From Terriglobales bacterium (GTDB taxonomy: Bacteria > Acidobacteriota > Terriglobia > Terriglobales > SCQP01): 58,743 bases of DNA. The notes under the pieces are model-generated. The model saw nothing but the letters and a program-made list of their open reading frames with translations. It searched no databases and was not told the DNA's origin. The position numbers and the translations under genes are program-made. Positions 1-9,784 of the stretch are shown here, in pieces. Location of the stretch: NCBI GenBank assembly GCA_050745565.1, contig JBOGKJ010000362.1:1-58743 (forward strand). The letters run 5' to 3'. Each line of letters starts with the position of its first letter. Position 1 is the first letter of the stretch.

Positions 1-319
1 ACGCATAGCGCCGCGTTGACCGCGCCACCACTCACGCGGCCGCGCTTCCACCGTCTCCCGCCCATCTCGTGCCCGCCATCTCCCGCCGGGGGACCCTCCG
101 CCCCTTCTGCCGCGCACGCTCCTAGCCCGCGTTTCTCACACGTGGCGGCGGGCCGGCCGGCGGCCGGCCGGCGGGTCAGGCCACCCGCCCCATCACTGGG
201 GCTCGACCCTGACCGGCGTGCGGGCCGCCGGCCCGCGCCCTGCGCTTTCCGGCCCACTATCGCAGCTCCGCACTCGAGTTCAGTGTGCCGGGCTACAGCG
301 CGGCGCCGGCGCCAGCCGG

Positions 320-2539
320 TCATTTGCCCCCGGGTTCCCGCATGGGCCGTCGCGCCACGGCGTAGAGCGAGCCGCACAGAAGGGCGAACAGCAGCACCGC
401 CCACAAGTTGTTCCCCGCCCAGGCGGCGCCCAGGAGGCGGGGGCCAATAGCAAACGCGCCGTGGACTATGCGCCCGGTGGCCTCGAGATAGGAGATGGCC
501 GCCGCCACCAGCCCGAACACCGCCGCGCCGGCAATCAACCCGCTGGAGTAGAGCGCGCCGCTGCTGGTGTCGCCCTCCTCGCGCGCGCCGCGCCGCTCGG
601 CCAACCAGCGCAGTGCCCCACCCACAAAGATGGTGGCCGTGGTTCCGATGCCGAGGTAGCTGCCCACCGCGAACGCCAGCGAGCGCACCCCGAGCAGCTC
701 GACCGCGATCACGATGAATACGCCGATCAGTATTAGCGCCCAGGGGAGTTGGTGGCTCAGCAGGCCGTTGATGATGGTGGCCATCAGGCGCGCCTGCGGC
801 GCCGCCACCTGCTCGCTGCCGATGCCCTGCACCCACTGAATCTCGACCTTGCCATTGGTGGGGTTGTACAGATACTTGCCGTCGGGAATGGTGTGGGACC
901 CGATCACGTTCAGCTCCCAGTACTCGCGCCGGGCGGTCTGCTGCAGCACTCCGGCGGGCAGCCGATATTTCAGGTTTTCGATGCTCACCCCTTGCACGCT
1001 GGTCACGCCCGTGTGCGCCTCGGTCGCCAGCGCGGGCAGCGCAATGATCTGAGGCTGATAGGTGGCATAGGCGACGTTCAAAAACGGCACCGTGTAGCCG
1101 ACCACGATCACCGACGCCACCACGCCAATCATCAGCGTGACCTGCTGCTTCCAGGGCGTGGCGCCCACCAGGAAGCCGGTTTTCAAGTCCTGTGAAGTCG
1201 CGCCGGCGACGGCGGCGGCAATCGCCACCGCCCCACCCACGCTGAGCGCCAGGGCGGCGTACATGTGGCCGCTCCAGCCGGCGGCGAGGAAAAACAGGCA
1301 GGTCACCACCAGGGTGGCAATCGTCATGCCTGAAACGGGATTGCTGGAGTTGCCGATCAGGCCGACGATCCGACTGGAGACGGTGACAAAGAAAAACCCG
1401 AACAAGACCACCAGCACGGCGCTGAGCACATTGGAAAACCAGGCCGCTCCCGGGTTGTAGCGAAATTCCAGGATCGCCCACATCAGCAGCCCGAGCACCA
1501 GCGCGCCGGCGGGCACGGTCCAGCCCGGCAGGTCGCGTTCGGTGCGCTCCACCGTCAGCCGGCGGCGGCCGCCGGGGCCGCTCCTGTCGCGCGCGCCGCC
1601 GCGGAAGGCGCGCACGATCGTCGGCAGCGTCCGCAACAGCGTGATCAGCCCGGCGGCGGCGACCGCGCCGGCGCCGATGGGTCGGATGTAGGCGCTCCAT
1701 AGCTGGTCGGCGGTCATTTGCGCGACCGGAATGGTGGAGGGATAAATGGCGCCGCTGAAATGGCTGCCAAAGAACTTGATTGCCGGTGCGATGACCAGCC
1801 ATGACACCACGCCGCCAGCAAACATGGTGCCGGCGATTTTCGGGCCAATGATGTAGCCCACGCCCAGGTACTCGGGGGTGACGTCCGCGCGCAGGCTGGC
1901 GCCGGGCAGCCAGCGCGGATCATAGTTCGCCGTCCCCTTCCAGAACTTAAGCGAGTCCATCAGAAGCTTGTAGACGCCGCCTACCGCCAACCCCCAGAAC
2001 ACGCGTCCGGCGAAATTGCCGCCCTTTTCGCCGGCCTGCAGCACGTCGGCGCAGGCGGCCCCCTCCGGATAGGGCAGCGTTCCATGCTCCTCGACGATCA
2101 GGTAGCGGCGCAGCGGGATCATGAACAGGATCCCCAGCCATCCACCCACCATCGTCAGCAGAAATATGCGTGAGTACTCCAGCGGGAAGCCCAGGAAAAT
2201 CATCGCCGGCAGGGTGAAGATCACCCCTGCCGCCACCGACTCGCCCGCCGAGCCGGTGGTTTGCACGATATTGTTTTCCAGGATGCTGGAGTGGCCCCAC
2301 TGCTTGAAGATGCTGATCGTCAGCACCGCGATGGGGATTGAGGCCGATACCGTCAGCCCGGCCCGCAACCCGAGATAGGTCGAGACCGCCCCGAACAAAA
2401 TGCCGAAGCCGACGCCCAGTACGACAGCGCGCAGCGTGAACTCCGGCATCACCGTCGTGCTGCTGACGAAAGGGCGGAACGTGTTGCCGGTTGAAGTTGA
2501 AGATGACTCAGGAGGCGGCGAAACCGGGGGCGAACTCAT
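320..2539 (-). CDS. OPT-superfamily oligopeptide transporter (polytopic membrane protein)
   Basis: 739-aa ORF with many hydrophobic helices. N-terminal FTLRAVVLGVGFGILFGAVSTYLGLRAGLTVSASIP and the overall layout are typical of the OPT family. Overlapping opposite-strand ORFs are Arg/Gly/Pro-rich shadows. Confidence 0.8.
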   Translation of the reverse strand: MSSPPVSPPPESSSTSTGNTFRPFVSSTTVMPEFTLRAVVLGVGFGILFGAVSTYLGLRAGLTVSASIPIAVLTISIFKQWGHSSILENNIVQTTGSAGESVAAGVIFTLPAMIFLGFPLEYSRIFLLTMVGGWLGILFMIPLRRYLIVEEHGTLPYPEGAACADVLQAGEKGGNFAGRVFWGLAVGGVYKLLMDSLKFWKGTANYDPRWLPGASLRADVTPEYLGVGYIIGPKIAGTMFAGGVVSWLVIAPAIKFFGSHFSGAIYPSTIPVAQMTADQLWSAYIRPIGAGAVAAAGLITLLRTLPTIVRAFRGGARDRSGPGGRRRLTVERTERDLPGWTVPAGALVLGLLMWAILEFRYNPGAAWFSNVLSAVLVVLFGFFFVTVSSRIVGLIGNSSNPVSGMTIATLVVTCLFFLAAGWSGHMYAALALSVGGAVAIAAAVAGATSQDLKTGFLVGATPWKQQVTLMIGVVASVIVVGYTVPFLNVAYATYQPQIIALPALATEAHTGVTSVQGVSIENLKYRLPAGVLQQTARREYWELNVIGSHTIPDGKYLYNPTNGKVEIQWVQGIGSEQVAAPQARLMATIINGLLSHQLPWALILIGVFIVIAVELLGVRSLAFAVGSYLGIGTTATIFVGGALRWLAERRGAREEGDTSSGALYSSGLIAGAAVFGLVAAAISYLEATGRIVHGAFAIGPRLLGAAWAGNNLWAVLLFALLCGSLYAVARRPMREPGGK

Positions 2540-3100
2540 TGGGGCTCAAAGTAGCACGATCCCACGGCGGGCGCAAAAGGGCATTCGTCGTTGTAGTGAC
2601 ACGCCAGTTACAGCATTTCGCCGAGGAGGGTGGGGGGCCTGAGGTGAAGACGCGAAGAAGAACCAAAAGTGGATCCGCCAGGGTGCAGAGGTTCGGCACT
2701 CCAAAGGGTGAACGCCCCAAACTGAGGCAGCAGGGAAAGCTGGCCGTTTTTAGTGGGAAAACCCGAGGCCAGCGCCCTGGCGCTATGTGGAAAACGAAAA
2801 AACCCCTTGAAACAACTGCTGAAGCCGCGCTCGCGAAACGTGCGCCGCCGCAACCTCGGTGCAAGATGCTAATTCAATTGGACTTACCAGGCATGCCTTG
2901 AGGCCGTGCCGGGTCGCGGCTCACTGCGGCGCGGGGGTTGAGGCGGGCCCACGGCAGTGTCATTTTTCACGTGTTTTCCACAGTTTTACCGGGTTGGCTC
3001 TGGCAATTTGCGGACCTAACATTGCCTGGCGTGGGCCCCGGCGGGGTTTACCGCGATTGGGCGCGTCCTCGACGCGGTTGGCGGCCGGGAGCCCATGCCC

Positions 3101-3250
3101 GGCGCGGCCGCCCTTTTCTGGACGCCCTCGTCGTTGCTCCCACCCCAAGGCGCAACCGCCTTGGGGACCCCGGGGGTCGGGCTGCGGCCGAAATGCGCTT
3201 GGCGGCAACGCGCGCCCGCTCTGCTCGGGGAACGCGCCACTGGCGCTTTC
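3101..3250 (+). repeat. Intergenic repeat module A, copy A1
   Basis: GCGGCCGCCCTTTTCTGGACGCCCTC..., hairpin CCCCAAGGCG-CAAC-CGCCTTGGGG (3143-3166), core CTTGGCGGCAACGCGCGCCCGCTCTGCTC. The flanking genes are both on the - strand. Confidence 0.9.
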
Positions 3251-3330
3251 ACCCCGTTGGAATTCCGCGGCCCTTCGCACCGATTTTGCCCGCAGTGCAA
3301 ACGGCGCGACTCCCGCGATCTGCCGGAGCG
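3251..3330 (+). repeat. Intergenic repeat module C, copy C1
   Basis: GGAATTCCGCGGCCCTTCGCACCGATTTTGCCCGCAGTGCAAACGGCGCGACTCCCGCGA. Homologous to 9690-9745 and 57325-57400. Confidence 0.8.
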
Positions 3331-3344
3331 GCAGGTCACCGCAG

Positions 3345-4634
3345 TCACCGCTTCCGGGCCGCCAGGAACGGCCCCAGGCTGGCCAGCAGCGATTGCGGTA
3401 CGCGGGCCAGCAACTCAACCTCGTCGGCGGCGTGGTGCTGGTGCAGGATTTGCCCACGCTCGTGCAGGACATGGAGCCAGCGCCCGGCCGGGTGGGGAAT
3501 CCGCAACTGGACCTCGGCGAGCGTCCCCAGGCTCAATTGGCGATCGAGGGTGGCCAGCAACTGGTCCAGCCCGGCGCCGGTTGCGGCACTGACCAGAAGG
3601 GGGTTGGCGCCCTCGGTCGCGGCCGGCGGCTGGGCGTCGCCAAGCCGGTCGGCCTTATTCCAAATCTGGACCTGGGGGGTGTCGGCCACGCCGAGTTCGC
3701 GCAGCACCTGCTGCACCTGCTGTAGTTGGCGCTCGCGCTGTGGCGCGGTGGCATCGGCGACGACGGCCAGCAGGCTGGCCCGGGTGACCTCTTCCAGGGT
3801 GGCGCGGAAAGCGTTGACCAGGCCGGGCGGGAGGTCGCGCACGAAGCCCACCGTGTCGGACAGCAGCACGTTGCGCCGGGACGGCAGGCGGAGGCTGCGG
3901 AGGGTGGGGTCAAGGGTGGCGAACATGCGCGGCGAGGTCAGCACAGTGGCGCCGGTCAGGCGGTTGAAGAGCGTACTTTTGCCGGCGTTGGTGTAGCCCA
4001 CCAGCGCAATCACCGGCAGCGGCACGCTGGCGCGGCGCTGGCGCTGCTGATCGCGCTGGCGGCGGATGCGCTCCATGGAGCGGCGCAGGGTGGCGATGCG
4101 CTGACGGATGCGTCGGCGGTCGGTTTCCAGTTGGGTTTCGCCGGGGCCGCGGGTACCGATACCGCCGCCCAGGCGCGAGAGCGCCGTGCCCCGGCCGGCA
4201 AGCCGCGGGAGGAGGTAGTCCAACTGCGCCAACTCGACCTGGAGCTGGCCCTCGCGCGAGCGGGCGTGGCGGGCGAAGATATCGAGAATGAGTTGGGTGC
4301 GGGCCAGAACGCGCACCCCGATGGCCTGCTCGAGATTGCGTTGCTGGGTGGGAGAGAGGTCGTTGTCGAAGATGACGAGGTCCACGCCCCGGGCGGCGGC
4401 CTCCAGTTCCTCCAGCTTGCCCTTGCCGATCAGCGTGGCCGGATCGGCATGGGCGCGGCGCTGACTCAGTTCGCCAGCGACGTGGGCGCCGGCGCTTTCG
4501 GTCAATTGGCGCAATTCGGCGAGTTGCGCGCTGGCGGCGGGGGCAAAATCGAGGGCGCCGCTGGCGGCAGCCGCTCGCGCGCCGGGCGCGGGGGCGGCGC
4601 CGAGTTGGACGGCCACCAGGAAAGCGGTTTCCAT
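3345..4634 (-). CDS. hflX: GTPase HflX
   Basis: G1 GYTNAGKSTLFN, G3 DTVGF and G4 NKAD motifs. Starts 17 nt downstream of the hfq stop, the classical hfq-hflX pair. Confidence 0.9.
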   Translation of the reverse strand: METAFLVAVQLGAAPAPGARAAAASGALDFAPAASAQLAELRQLTESAGAHVAGELSQRRAHADPATLIGKGKLEELEAAARGVDLVIFDNDLSPTQQRNLEQAIGVRVLARTQLILDIFARHARSREGQLQVELAQLDYLLPRLAGRGTALSRLGGGIGTRGPGETQLETDRRRIRQRIATLRRSMERIRRQRDQQRQRRASVPLPVIALVGYTNAGKSTLFNRLTGATVLTSPRMFATLDPTLRSLRLPSRRNVLLSDTVGFVRDLPPGLVNAFRATLEEVTRASLLAVVADATAPQRERQLQQVQQVLRELGVADTPQVQIWNKADRLGDAQPPAATEGANPLLVSAATGAGLDQLLATLDRQLSLGTLAEVQLRIPHPAGRWLHVLHERGQILHQHHAADEVELLARVPQSLLASLGPFLAARKR

Positions 4635-4651
4635 ATCCGGCGCGCCGCCCT

Positions 4652-4978
4652 TTAGGCGCCCTCGGCCTTCTCCTCGGCCTGCTCCTCGGCCTGCTCCTGC
4701 TCATGGGGCGGAACGACCGCCTGGGCGGCCTCGCGCGGCCGTGGGCTGGAGAAATGGCGCTCGCCCAAAGGCGAGCGCTGCAGCACCACGGTCGAAATGG
4801 CGTGCTTGAAAATCATCTGCTCCTGACTGCCCGCTTCCAGCACCAGACAATACTTGTCGAAACTGCGGATGCGGCCCGAGAGCTTGACGCCACTCAGCAA
4901 GTAAATGGTGAGGGGCAATTTTTCTTTTCTGGCGTTGTTCAGGAACGAGTCCTGGATATTTTGCGCCGGTTTGTCCAT
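4652..4978 (-). CDS. hfq: RNA chaperone Hfq with an acidic Glu/Ala-rich C-terminal tail
   Basis: Sm core [28 protein letters not shown]...[16 protein letters not shown] lies 7 nt upstream of the ATG. Confidence 0.95.
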   Translation of the reverse strand: MDKPAQNIQDSFLNNARKEKLPLTIYLLSGVKLSGRIRSFDKYCLVLEAGSQEQMIFKHAISTVVLQRSPLGERHFSSPRPREAAQAVVPPHEQEQAEEQAEEKAEGA

Positions 4979-5007
4979 CGTATTGCCTCCAGAGATAATT
5001 CTAAGAG

Positions 5008-5035
5008 CAATTAGCCATTAGCCATTAGCAATTAG
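5008..5035 (-). repeat. Heptanucleotide tandem array (4 units) in the hfq leader
   Basis: The + strand reads CAATTAG CCATTAG CCATTAG CAATTAG. The hfq sense strand reads CTAATTG CTAATGG CTAATGG CTAATTG. The array ends about 30 nt upstream of the hfq ATG. Confidence 0.9.
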
Positions 5036-5115
5036 CGAGGAAGGCTCGGGCGCGGGCATGATCCGCCAAAGTGTGCGCGACGCACGGAGCAGCGGGCCCC
5101 CACAGCCGACTCGAC

Positions 5116-8100
5116 TCAGTGGGGGCCGGTGATGACCGGGCTGACGGCCGGCAACACCGTCCAGCGGTAGGAGCGGGTCGCGGTTTGACCTTGCGAGTCG
5201 GTGGCCTTGATCGTGAAGGCGTAGGTGCCCTGGGCTGAGGCTCCAGGCACGCCGGCCAGCGTACCGTTGGGGTCGAGCGTGACGCCGGGCGGAAGGTTGC
5301 CGGTCTGCAGGCTGAAGCTGTAGGGCGCGTTGCCGAAGTTGGCGGTCAGAATCGCATTATAGGTTTGCCCCACCTGACCCGGCGCAAGCCCGGTGGTGGT
5401 GATCGCCATGGTGGCGCCAGTGAAGATCACTAGATTGAAGCTCTGGGTGGCCTGGAGGCCGTTGGCGTCCTGCACCAGCAGGGTGAAGTCATAGGAGCCG
5501 GCCGAGGCCGAGCCCGGCACGCCGGAAATCTGTCCGATCGGGTTGATCGTCAACCCGGCCGGCAGACTGCCGCCGACCAGGCTGAAGTTGAATGGCGAGG
5601 CTCCGCCCTGGATGCCCATTTGCTGCAAGTAGCCCTGGCCTTCGACGCCGGAGGGCAGTACCAAGGGCGAAATTGCGAACGGATTCACCACCAGCGTGAA
5701 CGGCTCGACCACGCGGAGCCCGTCGGCATCGGTTTCCTGCACGCTGAAGTTGTACACGCCGGCTTGAGTGGGCGTGCCGGTCAGATCCCAGCCCACCGTG
5801 GTGGCGACGCTCTGAACCGCGTTGATTCCCGGCGGCAGCGTGCCGTTCACCACCACCGGCGTATAGGGGCCGGTGCCGTTGGCCATGGTGATGGTCGCGG
5901 TGTAAGCCACGCCCACGGTGGCCGGCAACAGTTGGCGGCTGGCGGCCTGCAGGGCGGCCACGGTGATGGTGACTGGCAGCCGGGCAGTGAGAGTGGGCAC
6001 GGAGCTGTCGGTGACCTGGATGGTCGCGGTCACGACCGCGGCATTGGCGGGCGTGCCGCTGACCACACCGGCCGAGGACAGCGAAAGTCCGGTGGGCAGC
6101 GCACTGCCAACGACCGAGAAGGTATAGGGCGAGGTGCCGTTGACGGCGGTCAGAGTCAGCGAATAAGGCTCGCCCACCGTGGCCAGCGGCACCGCGGCGG
6201 GCGGCACCACGGCCAGGTGCTGGTTCACGGTCATGGTGATGGTCTGCTGGGTGGCATTGCCGGCGTTGTCGTCCACCTCAAAGGTCACATCCACCGCGCC
6301 GGCCACCAGCGGCGTGCCGCTGATCACCCCGGTGGCACCATCGAGTTGGAGGCCGTCCGGCAGCGGGTTCGAGTTGGTCGCCAGATTAAAGGTGAGCCTG
6401 TCGCCGCCGAGCGCGCCGTTGATCGCGGTAATCGAGGCGTCGTAGGGGATGTTGACGTTGCCGTCCGGCAGCGACGAGGTGAGGATGGTGAGCTGATTGC
6501 CTGGCGTATCCTGCACCACCCACAAACCGGAATTGATGTCGCTGGCGAGAATGTAATGCTGGCCGCCGGTGTTGTAGGCGGCCACGCCGTAAACCATCGC
6601 CTTGGGCGGGTTGTCCACCGCCAGATTGGCGCCGTTGGGATCGGGCGAGTCCGGGGGCACGAACGAGCCCAGCAGCACGGGCGGGTTGACGGAGGTTATG
6701 TCGAGGTCCACCACACCGCCAGAGAACCAGGCGACGTAGGCGTGCGGATCGGCCGTGTTGCCGTTCCAAGCGATGCGATTGGCGGTATAGATGCCGTTGT
6801 CGGGCGCGGGATCGGAGAGCGCCTGCGGGATGTCAAAAAAGTTAGCGATGGTCGAAGTGGACGGCGTGGGCAAATCATAGGTGCGCAGATAGCCCCAGCC
6901 GGAATCGTTGCTCAACGGCACCGCCGAGCCCGCACCGCAGACCACGTCCACCGAGGGGTTGAGCGGCAGGTTGGAGACGCCGTCGCCGCTGGGAGGCGCG
7001 ATGGCGGAGGCGCACACCTGGTCGGCAATCAGCAGTTCCGTGTCGCCCATCACCGGCAGCGCCTGGTTGGTGTTGCCCTCGGGGCTGGAGGGAGTCGAGG
7101 TGGTGGCCAGCGAGCTGAGCGGATAGCTGATGTGGTTAACCAGCACCGCCGGGTTGAAGCTGCGCACCGCGGTGGGATCGCTGACGTCGAGCACCACCAC
7201 GCCCTCGTCCCAGTAGCTCAGGTAGGCCAGCTTGTGGTCGGAGGAAAGCTGGATCGAGCTCAGGAACACGCGCTGGTCGGTGCCCTGCACCGCCTGCGGC
7301 AGCCGCGTGCCAGTGGCCGCCAGTACGCCCCAGTTGCTCACCTCGCGCGGCAGCGACGGGTCGGTGACGTCGACAATGCGCAAGTCACCTTCACCGCCAG
7401 CCGCCTCCGAACCCGGCACCGCCGCCAGCGCATAAATTTTGTCCTGGCTGTGATCCACGATTCCGAACGCGTTGACGGGCCCGGGGACGGCGACGATGGC
7501 CACATCGCCGACACCCTGGCCGCCCGAACTCCAGGTGCCGAGCGCCACCGGCTGCGTCGGGTTGGTGACGTCAAAGAACTCGATTGCGGCATTGGTGGCG
7601 CTCGCCAAGCGCGGGTCGCAGGGCTGCTCGGTCACCGCCATCAGGTCGCCGTGGCTGCCGGAGTGAAAGCCGGGCGAGCTGATGCTGGTGGCCACCTTGG
7701 CCTCTTGCTGGCTGGCGCCGGCGACACCGGCGACGGTGGCCACCAGCGTCGGGTTGGAGATCTGGCTGAGATCCACGATTTTGACCCCGGTGGCGGGACA
7801 ATCGCCGGGGTAGCCGCGGGTACCCACGTAGGCATAGCTGACGCCGCTGTTGGTGGCCGCGGCGACGGTAACGTCCGCATTCTGGCCGTGACCACCGAGG
7901 GCAAGATGGGCGACGGTTGTAAGCGTGGTGGCGGGCGCGCGCACTTTCATCAGGTAGGTGAAGGCCGCCGTTTGCGGACTCGAGGAGCTGTCCACGGCTT
8001 TGATGACGATGGGGTAAATTCCCGGCTGCGTGGGGGTGCCCGAGAGCACGCCCGCTGGACTGAGGATCAGGCCCTGCGGCAGCGCCGCATCGGTTGAAAA

Positions 8101-8364
8101 CGTCACCGGTGCTATCGCGCTCACACCCGTCTGCCCGACGTTGGTCTGAAAACCATAGGCATAGGGCGAGCCAGCCACCGCGCCGGGCAAATGGCCGGTC
8201 GAGGCCGACGACAGGATCAGAAAATTGGCCGTCGCCGGCACAAAGGGCGTGGGCGCCGCGGTGCTGCCCCCGCACGCGCTCAGCCCCAACCCGACAAGCG
8301 CGGCCAAGGCGGCGCCCAGGCAGCGCGCGCGGACGCTATAGTGGCGATAACGGTAAACTCGCAT
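5116..8364 (-). CDS. Large secreted lipoprotein with putative-Ig (He_PIG-like) modules flanking an LVIVD-type beta-propeller region
   Basis: Signal peptide with lipobox LSAC. Six LPxGLxLxxxGxxSGTP modules. Central motifs VKIVDLS, LRIVDVTDPS, VVVLDVSDP and VVDLDITS resemble LVIVD repeats. Confidence 0.7.
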   Translation of the reverse strand: MRVYRYRHYSVRARCLGAALAALVGLGLSACGGSTAAPTPFVPATANFLILSSASTGHLPGAVAGSPYAYGFQTNVGQTGVSAIAPVTFSTDAALPQGLILSPAGVLSGTPTQPGIYPIVIKAVDSSSSPQTAAFTYLMKVRAPATTLTTVAHLALGGHGQNADVTVAAATNSGVSYAYVGTRGYPGDCPATGVKIVDLSQISNPTLVATVAGVAGASQQEAKVATSISSPGFHSGSHGDLMAVTEQPCDPRLASATNAAIEFFDVTNPTQPVALGTWSSGGQGVGDVAIVAVPGPVNAFGIVDHSQDKIYALAAVPGSEAAGGEGDLRIVDVTDPSLPREVSNWGVLAATGTRLPQAVQGTDQRVFLSSIQLSSDHKLAYLSYWDEGVVVLDVSDPTAVRSFNPAVLVNHISYPLSSLATTSTPSSPEGNTNQALPVMGDTELLIADQVCASAIAPPSGDGVSNLPLNPSVDVVCGAGSAVPLSNDSGWGYLRTYDLPTPSTSTIANFFDIPQALSDPAPDNGIYTANRIAWNGNTADPHAYVAWFSGGVVDLDITSVNPPVLLGSFVPPDSPDPNGANLAVDNPPKAMVYGVAAYNTGGQHYILASDINSGLWVVQDTPGNQLTILTSSLPDGNVNIPYDASITAINGALGGDRLTFNLATNSNPLPDGLQLDGATGVISGTPLVAGAVDVTFEVDDNAGNATQQTITMTVNQHLAVVPPAAVPLATVGEPYSLTLTAVNGTSPYTFSVVGSALPTGLSLSSAGVVSGTPANAAVVTATIQVTDSSVPTLTARLPVTITVAALQAASRQLLPATVGVAYTATITMANGTGPYTPVVVNGTLPPGINAVQSVATTVGWDLTGTPTQAGVYNFSVQETDADGLRVVEPFTLVVNPFAISPLVLPSGVEGQGYLQQMGIQGGASPFNFSLVGGSLPAGLTINPIGQISGVPGSASAGSYDFTLLVQDANGLQATQSFNLVIFTGATMAITTTGLAPGQVGQTYNAILTANFGNAPYSFSLQTGNLPPGVTLDPNGTLAGVPGASAQGTYAFTIKATDSQGQTATRSYRWTVLPAVSPVITGPH

Positions 8365-8442
8365 CAGGCAAGCATCGGGAGGCTGGCAGCCGGGGCGTGA
8401 AAAACTGATGCTTCAGTGTACCCCAACCGTCTCCAGGAACGC

Positions 8443-9429
8443 ATGAAAACCCGGCTCATCGCCGCCCTTGCCGTGCTCGTTGTGGCCGCCGCCGCCGCGG
8501 CATTGTGGTGGATGTGGTCACCCGGACCGCGCCTGGCTCAGCCGGTACTGGTGGCGCTGGCCCCCGGCTCGAGCCGGGCCACCATCGCGCACCAACTGGC
8601 CGCCAGTGGCGTGGTGCGCAGCACGGCCGGCTTTGAACTCTGGACGTTGCTGCACCGGCGCCGCACGCTGAAAGCCGGCACCTACCAGTTCCATGGCGGC
8701 GAGCCGGTCAGCGCGGTGTTTGCGGCGCTGGCCTCCGGGCGCGTCTACACGCTGGCGGTGACGGTGCCCGAGGGCTACAACCGTTTCGATATCGCGCGCG
8801 AACTGGGCCGGCAGGGGCTGGCTGCCCCCGCCGCGTTCCTGACCGCTACGGCGGACCCGGGGCCGATTCGCGACCTCGATCCGGAGGCGGTGTCGCTCGA
8901 AGGGTACTTATATCCGGCCACGTATCGGATCGCGCCCGGCACGCCGGTGGAAGCAATCGTTGCCATGATGACGGGCCGCTTCCGCCAGCAATTGCGGCGC
9001 GACGGCACTCCGCCCGCCGGCGTCCATGCCTGGGTGACGCTGGCGTCGCTGGTGGAAAAGGAAACGGCGGCGCCGGCGGAGCGGGCGCTGGTTGCGGGCG
9101 TGTTCACCAACCGACTCGCACGCGGGCTGCCGCTGCAATGCGATCCGACGGTGATCTATGCGGCGCTGCTGGCCGGCAACTATACGGGCACGCTGGGCCG
9201 CGCGGATCTCGAGCGCGCCTCGCCTTACAACACCTACCGCCAGCCCGGACTGCCGCCCGGACCCATCGCCAACCCCGGGCAGGCGGCGCTCACGGCGGCG
9301 GCGCACCCAGCCGTGACGCCCTACCTTTACTTTGTAAGCGACGGCCACGGCGCCCACCGCTTCGCACGCACGCTGGCACAGCAGGAACGCAACGTCCAGC
9401 TCTATCTCAGAACGCTGCACGTCCGCTAA
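8443..9429 (+). CDS. mltG: Endolytic murein transglycosylase MltG (YceG-like)
   Basis: N-terminal TM anchor, LysM-like N domain and the LPLQCDPTVIYA motif typical of YceG/MltG. The ORF opens at GTG 8416. ATG 8443 (MKTRLIAALAVLVV) is preferred as the start but is uncertain. Confidence 0.85.
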   Translation: MKTRLIAALAVLVVAAAAAALWWMWSPGPRLAQPVLVALAPGSSRATIAHQLAASGVVRSTAGFELWTLLHRRRTLKAGTYQFHGGEPVSAVFAALASGRVYTLAVTVPEGYNRFDIARELGRQGLAAPAAFLTATADPGPIRDLDPEAVSLEGYLYPATYRIAPGTPVEAIVAMMTGRFRQQLRRDGTPPAGVHAWVTLASLVEKETAAPAERALVAGVFTNRLARGLPLQCDPTVIYAALLAGNYTGTLGRADLERASPYNTYRQPGLPPGPIANPGQAALTAAAHPAVTPYLYFVSDGHGAHRFARTLAQQERNVQLYLRTLHVR

Positions 9430-9439
9430 GTGCCTCGCG

Positions 9440-9750
9440 CATTGTTGGCGCGGGCCCCGGCGCGTGCTCGGCTGAGACGCTCGCACCGCCGTCGCCGCAC
9501 TCGGTGGGCATGGGTTGGCCGGGCGTTCGAGCCCCAGCCCAGCCTGCGGTTGACGTGGCCATGCCACGTCAACCTGGGGCCGCGCCGGCCGCGTCTCCCC
9601 GGGGGCGCAAACGCATGCGCTTGCCCCTTCGGAATTACGACCACCCCAACACGCAAGCGTGCCGGGGGCCCCGGTACGCGGCCCTTTGCGCCGGCTTTGC
9701 CCGCCGTGCAAAAGGCGCGACCCCCGCGAAGGGTCGTTCAGCCACCTCCA
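9440..9750 (+). repeat. Composite mosaic repeat: B-prime 5' part, module E (with an 11-bp-stem palindrome at 9549-9573), A-type hairpin variant (9644-9667), module C copy C2
   Basis: TTGGCGCGGGCCCCGGCGCGTGCTCGGCTGAGACGCTCGCACCGCC matches 20828- and 41484-. GTTGACGTGGC-CAT-GCCACGTCAAC. TTTGCCCGCCGTGCAAAAGGCGCGACCCCCGCGA matches C1 and C3. Confidence 0.85.
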
Positions 9751-9784
9751 CGGTCGACTTTGTCGTTCTGATATAGTGACCGCC

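Noticed and set aside
16-736. ORFs 16-450 and 218-736 at the left edge
   Set aside because: They are Pro/Arg/Ala-rich. They run through degenerate repeat-like DNA and into the antisense of the OPT gene 3' end. There is no support for coding.
2491-2901. 136-aa highly basic ORF in the OPT upstream region, with overlapping partners at 2508-2864 and 2608-2853
   Set aside because: It overlaps the OPT 5' end. It has extreme Lys/Arg content and no SD or family motif. Three mutually overlapping ORFs in different frames argue for chance.
2960-3472. Recurrent peptide ...SGRALPPSEFRPQPDPxGPQGACALGWE... encoded on the - strand by several repeat copies. It also appears in the ORFs 14096-14608, 28482-28880, 29030-29398, 40674-41771, 55161-55997 and 57046-57366.
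   Set aside because: The similarity is at the DNA level. Copies differ by 1-2-nt indels and module deletions that shift the frame. There are no consistent starts or stops. Substitutions track hairpin pairing and not codon positions.
5620-8097. Long antisense ORFs inside recognised genes. Examples: 5620-8097 +, 11729-13768 -, 15245-17497 -, 21498-23138 -, 25008-26186 -, 29402-31186 +, 39073-40425 +, 50298-52004 -, 52614-53987 -, 3726-4655 +.
   Set aside because: These are typical high-GC shadow ORFs. They are Arg/Gly/His/Pro-rich with no recognisable motifs, and the opposite strand in each case encodes a protein with clear family signatures.
9659-9784. Upstream extension of the giant BNR protein ORF, and similarly 20763-20975, 54192-54341, 55851-56021 and 50268-50339
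   Set aside because: The extensions translate repeat modules or spacer DNA. Signal peptides and SD-like sequences mark the downstream ATGs used in the feature list.
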